From an uncultured Methanomicrobiales archaeon (lineage in GTDB: Archaea > Halobacteriota > Methanomicrobia > Methanomicrobiales > Methanospirillaceae), in the NCBI GenBank assembly GCA_963758915.1, contig CAVWXH010000003.1, forward strand, positions 32,001-96,000: DNA of 64,000 bases, given 5' to 3'. The notes beneath the pieces were generated by a model, which made no database searches, was not told where the DNA came from, and saw only the letters and a list, made by a program, of their open reading frames with translations. Made by a program: the position numbers and the translations under genes. Below are positions 21,952 through 32,010 of this stretch, in pieces (positions within the stretch are counted from its first letter, which is position 1; each line of letters begins with the position of its first letter).

Positions 21952-22131
21952 ATGACATCGCATCACTCACCAAAGAAATCAGAGAATACATCTCACCTTG
22001 AAGAAGAACATGCAAAATCGCATGAGGTCACTCCTTCAGGTATAAGCTCCGGTAACCAGTCAAAAATTGCAGTGGTCATACTCATCATAATGGTCATTAC
22101 TACAGGAATGATTTTTTTCGGGCTTATCTGA
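21952..22131 (+). CDS. Small 59-aa protein with C-terminal transmembrane helix
   Basis: MTSHHSPKKSENTSHLEEEHAKSHEVTPSGISSGNQSKIAVVILIIMVITTGMIFFGLI*; TTAATA box upstream, T-tract downstream. Confidence 0.6.
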   Translation: MTSHHSPKKSENTSHLEEEHAKSHEVTPSGISSGNQSKIAVVILIIMVITTGMIFFGLI

Positions 22132-22241
22132 TAGTATCGACCAGTTCTTTTTTTCCCTCGTTCATCAGCATCGGGCGATGAACGGGGGGGTGGAATTCAT
22201 CCCATTATTCAAATATCATGCTCCCGGTACTACTGGTACGT

Positions 22242-22884
22242 ATGTTCTGCGGGGTTGACGAGGCGGGTAAAGGAGCCGTACTCGGACCGATGGTCGTCGC
22301 AGCAGTGGGCTGCGATCACGAGGACCTCCTCCCTGGCATCGGCATCAAAGACTCGAAGCAGTTATCTCCTGAGAAACGGGGCAGGCTCTACAAAGAGATC
22401 ACAGGTACCTGTTCCATCGCGTTGCGGGTAGTTAGCGCAGGGGAGATAGATTAAAGCCAGAAAGTCTATGACCCTGAATATGCTGCTCGCCCGCCTGCAT
22501 GCATCAGTCATTACTGACCTCTCCCCCACCCTTGCTTATGTCGATGCGTGTGATGTCATTGCAGAGCGGCATGGAAATATGGTGTCGAGTTTCCTGGGTT
22601 GTGAATGCCATATTGTTGCCGAACACCATGCCGACGAGTCATTCCCCCTTGTTTCAGCTGCAAGTATCGTCGCTAAAGTTATACGCGACAGGGAAATTGA
22701 AGCACTTGCCGCAACATACGGGGACATTGGAAGTGGTTATCCTTCTGACCAGCGGACTGTCGATTTCCTTTCAGCCGCGATTCAACGTTCCGGAAAGCCA
22801 CCCGTGTTTGCCAGGGCCAGCTGGAAAACGGTGGAGAAGATGATCTCGGAGCGGTCTCAGGCGAGTATTCTGGATTTCTCCTGA
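22242..22884 (+). CDS. rnhB: Ribonuclease HII (apparent +1 frameshift near 22452)
   Basis: GVDEAGKG.VLGP, DSK, VSAASIVAKV.RD, GSGYPSD; removing one T restores EIDKARKSMTLN. Confidence 0.92.
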
Positions 22885-22949
22885 GTATCACCGGGGAAAA
22901 AACCATTGTTGGTCCGGTTTCCACATCATTATGTAGCTCGCCATTCCAT

Positions 22950-24255
22950 ATGTATAGAATGAACTGGTTGCTGATCCTTATTTTGGTGATCGCCATCTAT
23001 GCAGCCGTGGCTCTTGTTATCTATACGAAAAAGTTATTCCCGGACCATATTACTTTTTATGGCCCGATAATGGCAATTAAGAGCAGTAAAACTGCATTTT
23101 TTGACTGGTTCACCCGGGTAAGCCCGATTTTGACGGATATATGGCTCAATCGGCGTGATCATTGTGGTGCTGGTCTCGGTCCTCATTACATTCCTGCTCC
23201 TTTTCGCCCTGCAATACACCCTTGTGCTCCAGCCTGAACCAACCGGGATCTACAAGCCCCAGAATATCCTGCTGCTGCCAGGAATCAACGAATATGTCCC
23301 GTCAACTTTTGCCGTCTGGTTTGCATTCGTCCTGACAATTGCAGTCCACGAATTCGGGCACGGTATCCTCTGCCGTGTTGAAAATATCAAGGTACGGGGT
23401 ATCGGAGCCCTCATCGCAGTCATACCGATCGGCTTTTTTGTAGAACCTGATGAGGAAGAACTCGATAAGGCCAAAGGGATGCCTAAGATGAGGATGTTCG
23501 GAGCAGGCATCATGAATAACCTTGTCGTCGGTGCAATCTGTTTCATCCTCCTGATTGTTGTGATGGGGGCAGCAGTACCCACGAATGCACCGGTTGTTCA
23601 CGGGGTCTACCAGAACTATTCGGCATTTAATGCGGGAATACCCCAGGACTCCCTTATTATGGCGGTCAACGGTGTCCCGGTAGCAACGCGTGACGAAGTA
23701 AGTGCGATCCTCAACACGAGTCACCCCGGTGATATTACGGTCCTGCAGGTCCGTAAAGACCAGACCATCAAAGATTACACGCTCAATCTGACCTCCTGGC
23801 CGGCAGAATTCGGGACACATCCATCAGGATTCATGGGGGTTTTCTATTATGACGGGGCACAGGTGATTGACACCGTCAGGAACATGTTCTCCCCGATCGG
23901 GTTCCTCCGTCTTATCAGCGTGCCGTTTGACATGTCGGCAGGAGGCCAGTACCTGAGGGTCCTTGCCTTTGAAACACCGGATACCGGGTATTATACCGTT
24001 CCCTATCCGGGAATTTTCTGGGGTACCGTCCACCTGCTCTTCTGGTGCGGGTGGATAAATATCAATGTGGGCATTTTCAATGCGATCCCGATGGTCCCGC
24101 TGGATGGCGGTTACATCTTAAAAGAAGGCATAGAGAGATTGTTTAACGGAAGAAAAATCGAGAAATATGCACCCTTTGTCGCTACATCCATCAGTACCAT
24201 GATGCTTGTAATTCTCGTATCAATCGTGGCACTCCCTTACCTCCTTCATATTTGA
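22950..24255 (+). CDS. Site-2 (M50) membrane metalloprotease with PDZ domain (apparent frameshift near 23133)
   Basis: HEFGH and NAIPMVPLDGG motifs. Confidence 0.9.
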
Positions 24256-24429
24256 AGCGTAAAAGAAGGACTGAACCATGAGACAGCCATTCCGGTCGCT
24301 CGTCGTCATATTCGTTGTCCTGGCTGTGATAGTCGGAATATCTTCTTAGCTCCCGCCTCGCTTAGGGGATGATTCCCTCAAATGTGATGAGTTACTGATT
24401 AATTCGGTTTGCTGAAAACACTCATAAAC

Positions 24430-24458
24430 GGGAATTTCATGTGTGGTTCTATAGAGCC
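24430..24458 (-). mobile_element. Isolated MITE subtype-B left end
   Basis: Reverse complement GGCTCTATAGAACCACACATGAA matches the ends at 33296, 45294 and 48044. Confidence 0.55.
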
Positions 24459-24507
24459 GGCAATTCTGTTTTTTCCGGGGTTATGTTCCGGCAGCCATTA
24501 AAAAGAA

Positions 24508-25371
24508 TTATATGCAGAGTTTCGCAACGAGGGAACCTTTAGGTACACCTATATCGTCTGCAATGGGTTCACATTTGACAGACAGGAGATAGGCAACAGG
24601 GGGAAGGTCCTTTTCGAGTGATAGTGACTCGTAATTTGCCATTCCCTTTGATATGATAAGTGTGCACTGCCTGAGTGCCTCCATGAGGGCTGGCGGGCAG
24701 AGGTCAAGCCGCACCCCCAGTTCAGTCCCGCACCCGGTGGTTGTAAGGGTGGCTGAAACATCTTTGAGGCCAAATTGTTCAGCTTCTTCCATGGTTGCAT
24801 CGTTTAAGATCGGAGCGTCCCTGACCACGAGGGTGATTTCTGCCCCGTTCGCATGGAGATATTCCAATAGCAGGCGGTCAAAAACGATTTCCCCACAATT
24901 ATCTGTAAAATAGACAACCCGCTTTGTCAGCGGCAGGATCCTGTCCGTATCATCTATTGTCAGGCCTTTTGAAAACATGGTGTTAAAAAATTCATCAAAA
25001 TTTTCTGTTACCTGGTGGGTTTTGACACCATAATCGTACGTATTACCGATAATGCTTGCCAGGACAAGTTCCCGAAAACTCCGGAGTGACGGCCGCACGC
25101 GGTTGCAGACTGACAATGCTTCGATATTACTTTGTTCCTTCAATTCCCTAAACGGGTCCGGATTATCCAGCATCCTGTAGGCATGCCGGTGGACCGCGCT
25201 CGCGATCTGCGGGTGGCTCACGGGATCATAACGGATCTTCGACAGGAGTTCTGCACATGAACGCACAGTCTCATCAGTAAGGCCCGGTCCTGCTGCCGAG
25301 AGCTTACATTCAAGGACCACCCTGGAAAGAAGGCAGTCAATACACCGGTCATCAAGTTTCATGCATAACAA
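24508..25371 (-). CDS. Damage-control phosphatase, DUF89/ARMT1 family
   Basis: C.DC, DPF..LK, GN..DYG, DNCGEIVFD, NDAT, KGMANYE. Confidence 0.9.
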   Translation of the reverse strand: MLCMKLDDRCIDCLLSRVVLECKLSAAGPGLTDETVRSCAELLSKIRYDPVSHPQIASAVHRHAYRMLDNPDPFRELKEQSNIEALSVCNRVRPSLRSFRELVLASIIGNTYDYGVKTHQVTENFDEFFNTMFSKGLTIDDTDRILPLTKRVVYFTDNCGEIVFDRLLLEYLHANGAEITLVVRDAPILNDATMEEAEQFGLKDVSATLTTTGCGTELGVRLDLCPPALMEALRQCTLIISKGMANYESLSLEKDLPPVAYLLSVKCEPIADDIGVPKGSLVAKLCI

Positions 25372-25400
25372 TCCTGTAATGTTTCAGAAAATAAGTAAAA

Positions 25401-25473
25401 TGAGGCCACTGCGATTTGAACGCAGGTCAGAAGACCCCCAGTCTCCTAGGATGCCAGGCTACCCTATGGCCCC
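25401..25473 (-). tRNA. tRNA-Pro(GGG)
   Basis: GGGGCCA...TGGCCTC acceptor stem; anticodon arm GGAGA-CTGGGGG-TCTTC; T-loop GTTCAAATC. Confidence 0.95.
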
Positions 25474-25593
25474 GCACTCATATTCATTCGTCAATATCCC
25501 ATATCTACCTTATTGTCTCTGTGAAAAGTCCTTATCGCCTGTTTCAGACGGGGACTCACATTGTTGCTTTCTGTGCTCTCATGAGCAAAAGAA

Positions 25594-25788
25594 TCAGTCG
25601 TTGATTTTTTCAACGGTTACGCGCACCCGGTCCCCGGCCCTGAGATTGTGCCCTTTCAGCACGTCAATATTGAACCAGAGGCAGGCGGGGTCGGTTGATG
25701 TGGCGTCCTGGGACATGAGGCAGTCTTTACATTCATTGATATCCGCAATGAACTCAATTGTTGATTCAAGTTCTGCAACCTTAGTCAT
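25594..25788 (-). CDS. Small hypothetical protein
   Basis: 64-aa ORF downstream of and codirectional with 25818..26072; ends LRAGDRVRVTVEKI. Confidence 0.6.
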   Translation of the reverse strand: MTKVAELESTIEFIADINECKDCLMSQDATSTDPACLWFNIDVLKGHNLRAGDRVRVTVEKIND

Positions 25789-25817
25789 AACCTAGAAAAA
25801 TAGTGTATAATGATTTA

Positions 25818-26072
25818 TTAGTATGCCGACCTTGGCTTAACCATCCAGGTCGTGCTGTTCGAATAGCTCCAGCGAATGATTGATAACTCCTGGCAGATCT
25901 CTGACAGAATTGCCATATTAGTGCCGACCTCCTTTGAAGAGAGGCCGAGCTCCTTTGCAATATATTTTGACTTAAAGTAGTGTTTGCCTTTGGTGACACC
26001 CGAGTTCAGGCATGCAATAATCCGCGCCTGGGACTCGTTGTATTTATCGGCGATGCGTCTTGTTGAAGACAT
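25818..26072 (-). CDS. Small winged-helix DNA-binding protein (conserved euryarchaeal family)
   Basis: YFKSKYIAKELGLSSKEVG...WSYSNSTTW; GGAGGTG RBS and TATA upstream. Confidence 0.8.
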   Translation of the reverse strand: MSSTRRIADKYNESQARIIACLNSGVTKGKHYFKSKYIAKELGLSSKEVGTNMAILSEICQELSIIRWSYSNSTTWMVKPRSAY

Positions 26073-26254
26073 TAATCTCTCACCTCCAGAGATATTGAGC
26101 TATAACTTCCCCTCATATATATAAATAACTATTTTTCTTCCCATAATTTTGAGTCTTTTATGAACAGCAGTTCGACAAAGGACGAATTTTTCAGGCTTTT
26201 GTACCGGGGACCATGATACCGGGGGGCAAGAATTACCAGTATTAAACCGTTACG

Positions 26255-26490
26255 CCTCAATACAGGAGGGCAGGGGTGTGGCAGCGGAGGAGTGAAACCC
26301 CCCTTCCTACCCTACTCCCGATAACATATTCATTGACAGGGATAATTTGGGGCATTCAAAGAAAATTCCAGAGATTTTGAGATCATTCCTTATCCCAACC
26401 AGGGTCGCTAAAGCGGCGGGCGGGGCCCTGGGAGCGTTACTAAATTTTGGAATGACCGCATGTTCAAAATAGATTGAGAGGGTTTTAGCA
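26255..26490 (-). mobile_element. Degenerate MITE copy (reverse)
   Basis: CTTATCCCAACCAGGGTCGCTAAAGCGGCGGGCGGGGCCCTGGGAGCGT core; TIRs not recognisable; boundaries approximate. Confidence 0.65.
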
Positions 26491-26517
26491 ATACGAAAAA
26501 GGAAAAAACCAGGTGAT

Positions 26518-28359
26518 TTATGCACCGGTCGAAGCATCGGAGATTTTTGATACCAGTGCCTCGAGCACTTCGTTCCGCATGCCTTCAACGAACTTGATGC
26601 TCCCGACAACAAGGTGGCCTCCGCCGCTGATACCGCCACCCTTGAGCTCGTCCCTCAGTTCCCTGACCATTCTCGGGATGTTCATCATGACACCCCTCGA
26701 ACGTAAGACTGCAAAGTCGGGGCCAAAGCCGATGGTAACAACCGGCCTCCCGGCATGCTGCCTGCATAACCGGTCATGTACTTCACCTGAGGTCTTACCT
26801 GGCGGCGGGAAGGTAAACTTGTGGGCATGTATCTCGACATCGAGGAGGAACAGAAGGGCGCCATTTTTCAGTTGCCTCTCTTTCACGTGGGGCATACTGG
26901 CATTCATCTGGTCTTCGATCATCAGGTTTGCCCCTTCAACCAGCCTGGCAATAAGTTTCTTGTGCCGCTCAGGGTTATTCGTCAGGTTTAAGATGTCCTT
27001 GACAAGTTCACGCCCGTCATTAAACCTTAGCCAGAACTGCTCATAGTCGAGAGCCAGGGCGATATTTTTGCATTCGTCCTCGGTGTACGAGTCCTTGACC
27101 AGGTCGAGGAACAGTGCACGCTCCGGTGCCTCGCTCCGGTCACCGACACCCGCAATTGCAGGGATATGCCGGATATTAGGTTCAACCGCAGGGTTAATGA
27201 GCCTCGCAACCTCAGTCCCGAGCATCCCGGCCGTAATCCCGAAATCACCCCCGACATGGTAGGGGTTCACATGGCCGATAAGGAACTGGTCAACGATTTC
27301 ATCAGGGTGGTGGTGGTCAATCACGGCAATTGATAAATCGTATACCTGTGCCATACGGTAGGCTGGCAGGTCTTCCTCGGTTGACCCGTTATCTGTCAGG
27401 AGGATCAGGGGCATTTTCTGCCCGAACCGGACGTGGTCCTTCAGCGAGAAATCAAGGTCACGGGTGATATCCTCTATTTCGTAGAACGGAGCTTTTGATG
27501 GGGCCCGTTTGAAAAGGTAGTAATCAGAATCGAAATCTCCACCGGACTCCCGTAAGAGCGCCGTTACCGCCTGCTCAATTGCTACTGCGGAACAGATGCC
27601 ATCCGCATCCGCGTGGTGACGGAGAATAATCGGCTGGGATGTGAAGACTGCCCGCCTGATGATCTTTGCGATCTTCCGCATCTCGGGCCTGAGCTTCTCA
27701 AGGACCGGGCTTGGGACAAGGAGCGGGATCTCAGCGGGCTCTGAACGTATGTCCAGTGCCTTGTTGATCCGTTCCCTGACTTCCTGGGCATCGGGACCGG
27801 TGAGGACTGATAATGAGTCAACTTCAATCTGCAACTGGTTATTCCGCTGCATTACCTCCCCGACGATACGGACAAGGTCACCGAGCTCTGCCTCGGGGTA
27901 AGCACGGACTCCTGCCTCTACAAATGCTGCTGCGTTTTCAGTACCTGACTCGTCAACAATAGTGAAGATCGTCGGTCCGCTGGTCTGCTTGACCTGGGCG
28001 ATCTCGCCTTCTATCCTGACAGTCCTCCCGATTTTCTGGCCCAGTTCTGCAAGGAGTACCGCAGTGCTCTTCTTCTCAATGGGACGCACCTGGTATACCG
28101 GGATTACAACCTCTTCAAGGTCGATATTCCCATTACTCCGGATCGCCCTGACATGGACGAGTACCGTTTCGCGCTCTTTATGCTCAGTCTTTACGTTGCT
28201 CTTGTGTACAAGCCCTTTTACACGTTCATTCAGCTGGACAAATGTCCCAAACGTTGCAAATCCCTGCACACGTCCTGCATATGTTTTCCCTTCTTCAACG
28301 TCGCCAAGGTCACATGATGCACCAAGGCGGTATACGATTATTTCATTGTTATTTTCCAT
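26518..28359 (-). CDS. RecJ-like DHH phosphoesterase with S1/OB domains
   Basis: S1 and OB folds, HHADADG, DNGS, DHHH, GGGH. Confidence 0.9.
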   Translation of the reverse strand: MENNNEIIVYRLGASCDLGDVEEGKTYAGRVQGFATFGTFVQLNERVKGLVHKSNVKTEHKERETVLVHVRAIRSNGNIDLEEVVIPVYQVRPIEKKSTAVLLAELGQKIGRTVRIEGEIAQVKQTSGPTIFTIVDESGTENAAAFVEAGVRAYPEAELGDLVRIVGEVMQRNNQLQIEVDSLSVLTGPDAQEVRERINKALDIRSEPAEIPLLVPSPVLEKLRPEMRKIAKIIRRAVFTSQPIILRHHADADGICSAVAIEQAVTALLRESGGDFDSDYYLFKRAPSKAPFYEIEDITRDLDFSLKDHVRFGQKMPLILLTDNGSTEEDLPAYRMAQVYDLSIAVIDHHHPDEIVDQFLIGHVNPYHVGGDFGITAGMLGTEVARLINPAVEPNIRHIPAIAGVGDRSEAPERALFLDLVKDSYTEDECKNIALALDYEQFWLRFNDGRELVKDILNLTNNPERHKKLIARLVEGANLMIEDQMNASMPHVKERQLKNGALLFLLDVEIHAHKFTFPPPGKTSGEVHDRLCRQHAGRPVVTIGFGPDFAVLRSRGVMMNIPRMVRELRDELKGGGISGGGHLVVGSIKFVEGMRNEVLEALVSKISDASTGA

Positions 28360-28437
28360 GCGAAATCCTCGATATTTTCATTCCTGCAAATTCCGGTGCA
28401 GTTCCGGCGAACTTTCGAATATCAGATGACCGGGGGT

Positions 28438-29377
28438 CTATCCCCTGAATGGTATTTCGAACATATCAAGATCGTCGGGGACGATTACCTTACCACAAAA
28501 CCTTTTCGCTGCATCCCTGATATGGCTTGCTGTACTGGTATACCGGGAGCTGATATGTACAAGTGCCAGCGTATCTGCCGACAGCCTCCCTGCAATATCT
28601 CCTGCCTCTCCCGATGTGGAGTGAAAAACCTCCCGTGCCCGTTCCATTGCTGCATCATCATACGTCGCGTCGTGAATGAGGAGGTCGGCATGATCCACCA
28701 CGGCAAGGAGGTCTTTTATCACCGGCCGCGTGTCCCCGGTATACACGACGGTCCGCCCAGGTCTTGGGGACCCCATCACCTGCCCTGGGGTGATGCTTAC
28801 GGTGACACCATCCTGCACAATGCTGACCGGTTCACCCCGCTGGAGGCGCCCGAAGAGGGGGCCGGGTGGTACCCCAAGCGCTATTGCCCGTTCGCGGTCA
28901 AACCGGCCGGGCCTTGGTTCTTCTACCAGCGCGTACCCGAGGCTCTCCATCCCGTGATCGGTCGCAAATGCCTTTACCTGGTACCCTTCGAACGCAATCG
29001 ACACCCCGTGGACGAGCTCTTCTGACAGGACCGGGAATTTTACATTAAACCGGCAGAGATGGCGGAGTTCCGTGACAAATTCATGCACCCATTCCGGTCC
29101 GTAGATGGTCAGCGGTTCTTTCCGCCCGTTGAACGAGAGCGTCTGTACAAGGCCCAGGATACCAAGAAAATGGTCTGCGTGCCAGTGTGTGATGAAAATT
29201 GCGTCCACGGTAAATCCGGTCCTCGCCCTCATCATCTGCTGCTGGGCACCTTCCCCGCAGTCAAAGAGGATCGTGTCAGACCCTCGCCTGATCATGAAAC
29301 AGGGTGGGTTCCTCTGCGGGGTAGGAAGGGCCCCGGCAGTACCCGAGGAAATATACCTGCAATGTCTCCCCGGCTAT
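28438..29377 (-). CDS. rnz: Ribonuclease Z (apparent +1 frameshift near 29343; start uncertain)
   Basis: THWHADH, YTGDT, HDATY, HST, HISSRY; N-terminal YFLGTAGALPT restored by removing one G. Confidence 0.93.
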
Positions 29378-30147
29378 ACAAACCACCTCTTGTATACCAC
29401 AAGGCTCTTCTTTCCTTCTTCAGGTGACTTCCCTTCTACCACGACGACACCGGAATAATCCTTCCTGACAGCAGGGCCAACGATATCCCACGGTATTGTT
29501 CCCATCCCGAGTGCAAGGTGCTCATCTGACACTCCCTTGTTGTCATGGATGTGGAGATGCTTCGCATTTTTTAAGAGGGGTAAAAATTCCTTTACCCTTC
29601 CGACCGTATTTGCATGCCCGATATCGATGGTAATCCCGATCCCCTCTATATCTTCTGTCATCCCAAGGATCTCCTCGGGCCTCTGGCAGAGGAACTCCCT
29701 GATCCCAATCATGTTTTCAAGGCATGCAAGCACCCCGCAATCCGCTGCAACCTGACCGATCCTGACCAGGGCCTCTTTCTGGAACTGCCAGGCCTTTTCC
29801 GGGAGAAGTTTTCCCACCGGGGACATGTAGCCGGGATGGATTGTCACCCGGTCCGTGAATTCAGCCGCATTAGTGACGCAGACACATACCTGCCTGATGG
29901 ACTCCTCCCATATCGGATGGTTAAGGGTTGCAAGGTTCAGGTCCCCGTAGGGTGCATGCACTGTTATCCCGAGATCTGTGCTCGCGATCGCTTCACGGAT
30001 ATCCTTCCGGTTGGCCGGATTATCGAGGCGGTAACGGCCATCTGCAACGATCTCCCACCCGCTGTACCCGGCATCAGGGATCCCGTAAATCCATTCAATG
30101 GAATCCCAGACCTTGGCAGACGAGGAGAAATACGGGGTAATACTCAT
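29374..30147 (-). CDS. Sugar phosphate isomerase/epimerase (AP endonuclease 2 TIM-barrel family)
   Basis: VHAPY.DLN, IHPG, LENM, DIGHA, HIHDN.G..DEH. Confidence 0.88.
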   Translation of the reverse strand: MSITPYFSSSAKVWDSIEWIYGIPDAGYSGWEIVADGRYRLDNPANRKDIREAIASTDLGITVHAPYGDLNLATLNHPIWEESIRQVCVCVTNAAEFTDRVTIHPGYMSPVGKLLPEKAWQFQKEALVRIGQVAADCGVLACLENMIGIREFLCQRPEEILGMTEDIEGIGITIDIGHANTVGRVKEFLPLLKNAKHLHIHDNKGVSDEHLALGMGTIPWDIVGPAVRKDYSGVVVVEGKSPEEGKKSLVVYKRWFV

Positions 30148-30692
30148 GGTAACCCCTTCACTTTTTCGAGGAGTGCCATGACATGTTTGATGAATGACTC
30201 CAGGCTGCTGTCATTATCGATGCGGTAATCTGCTCCCAGAAGGGCTTTTCCAAGGCCCCATGCCTGTTCACGCTCGTCCCTTGCTTTCAGTGCGTCCTCG
30301 TCAAGGTTATCATCGGATCGTCCCCGCCCGGCAATACGGCTGAGGCGTGTCCCGAATGGCGCATCGATCCTGACAAGAACAAAACCGGGGAAACTGTCCC
30401 GGAATACCCGGACTTCTGAATCACCCCTGATCCCGTCAACAATCACCAGCGGGGCTTCCAGGCCCCTGATTTCCGGGACACAAAGCCTGGCGATCGCGTC
30501 CATGCCATGTTCAGCCCTTAGCCTCCCTGCTGTTTCACCAAGGTTCTTATCAGTGAGTGGCCGCCCCGAATCCTGCACTGCCTTTCGGATCACATCTCCC
30601 ATAACAATCACGGGAATGCCCAACGATACCGCAATCCGTGAGAATTCTCCCTTACCGCTCGCTGGCAATCCAACGATCCCTACTACCTTCAT
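30144..30692 (-). CDS. UPF0200 / dephospho-CoA kinase-like P-loop kinase
   Basis: GLPASGKG, MGDVIR, VDGIR, RGRSDD. Confidence 0.85.
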   Translation of the reverse strand: MKVVGIVGLPASGKGEFSRIAVSLGIPVIVMGDVIRKAVQDSGRPLTDKNLGETAGRLRAEHGMDAIARLCVPEIRGLEAPLVIVDGIRGDSEVRVFRDSFPGFVLVRIDAPFGTRLSRIAGRGRSDDNLDEDALKARDEREQAWGLGKALLGADYRIDNDSSLESFIKHVMALLEKVKGLP

Positions 30693-31374
30693 ACGAAATC
30701 TCACCTCCCTCCCGGGTCCTGATCCTGACCGGCCGGCTGATCTGGTCTGCGATCTTTTTTAATTCACTGCAGGACAACGGGGGGATGTCCCCCTGCACGC
30801 CCTGCTGGATAACAAGGTCTATATCATTGCATTCACGGGCGATATACGGGACCTCGTCCTCGTATCCCCGGAACAGCGTGATTACAACCTCGAATTCATG
30901 AAGTTTCCCACTCTGGCGGGCGGCCCTGCAGAGTGCCAGTGAGCGCTGGACCTTGCTGACGCAGGGCACCTTCATCAGGTTATCATACCGCTGCCACCGT
31001 GCCTTGATATCGAGCGCAATACGGTCAACGAGGTTGCCTTCGATGAGGGCTTCGAGGGTATCAGGGTACACCCCGTTTGTCTGTATACCAACCAGAAGCC
31101 CCATTTTTTTAACCGCCCCTGCAAGTGCAATCAGCGGCTCTGCCTGCATGGTAGGCTCACCGCCGGAAAATACAACTCCGCTTATGAGGAGCAGGGACGA
31201 CCTGATCATCCCGATGACCTCTTCCACGGGCCTTACATCTCTACCTGACAGGATTGATGCATTATGACAGTACGTGCAACGTACCGGGCACCCCCGTAAA
31301 AATACCGTGCATACTGCTTTCCCCCTCCAGTCTACCGTGCTGATAGGGACAAACCCACCGAAGTTGACATCCAT
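30652..31374 (-). CDS. Anaerobic ribonucleotide reductase activase-like radical SAM protein
   Basis: STVDW.G, GCPVRCTYCHN, SGGEPT, TNG. Confidence 0.85.
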   Translation of the reverse strand: MDVNFGGFVPISTVDWRGKAVCTVFLRGCPVRCTYCHNASILSGRDVRPVEEVIGMIRSSLLLISGVVFSGGEPTMQAEPLIALAGAVKKMGLLVGIQTNGVYPDTLEALIEGNLVDRIALDIKARWQRYDNLMKVPCVSKVQRSLALCRAARQSGKLHEFEVVITLFRGYEDEVPYIARECNDIDLVIQQGVQGDIPPLSCSELKKIADQISRPVRIRTREGGEISYEGSRDRWIASER

Positions 31375-31540
31375 CTCGCGACCGTATCGATCTTTGCTCA
31401 GTAGTATGGCGAAGAGTGGTATTCAATGTAGTGAAGTGGCACAGGGCGACGGCATCACAGGATCTCAGGCGTCCGATATTATTTTGCCCGGATGGAAAAA
31501 ATTATGCCCCGGGGAAGCATCCATTGAATGGGAAGCGTAC

Positions 31541-31813
31541 ATGACGAAAAAACATTTTACTACCGAAGATGCTGCGAGGATTGGAAAAACCCTTGGAATC
31601 ACCTGGTCACAATTTGATACGGAACAGTTCAGGATGGGCCTTGACGTGGAACTTGAACACGGCCTTGTAGACCCGGCCACCAACGTGACCAATGATGACC
31701 CCGTGATGACCGGGAAGATCGCGCTTGCACACCTGAACGAGTTCCCGGACTATTACACACGACTTGAAAAAATGGAGAAAGAAGCTGACCTCTTCTGGGG
31801 AAAAGAAGATTAA
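31541..31813 (+). CDS. DUF5661-like small protein
   Basis: FRMGLDVELEHG...TGKIALAHLNEFPDYYTRL. Confidence 0.8.
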   Translation: MTKKHFTTEDAARIGKTLGITWSQFDTEQFRMGLDVELEHGLVDPATNVTNDDPVMTGKIALAHLNEFPDYYTRLEKMEKEADLFWGKED

Positions 31814-32010
31814 TAAGTATCTTTTTTTATCAATATGCGCCTTGTAATGGAGACAACCCTGCTGGCCACTTCATTTCCCGCGGTCCTGGTAAATAATAAA
31901 GTAATATTGCGTAATAGTAAAACAATTTTACTTGATCTTTTAACAACCTAAATTTAGTCCGCAATCTTTAAAACAAGCCTTTATCTCGTCAATTCCTCAA
32001 TTATAAAGGT

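Noticed and set aside
24278-24349. 23-codon signal-peptide-like ORF after the S2P gene
   Set aside because: Too short to support; probably a gene remnant next to a MITE end
31814-32010. TPP riboswitch upstream of thiC (also checked upstream of thiD)
   Set aside because: No GCTGAGA / CCTGA..GGATAA..CCAGCG core seen
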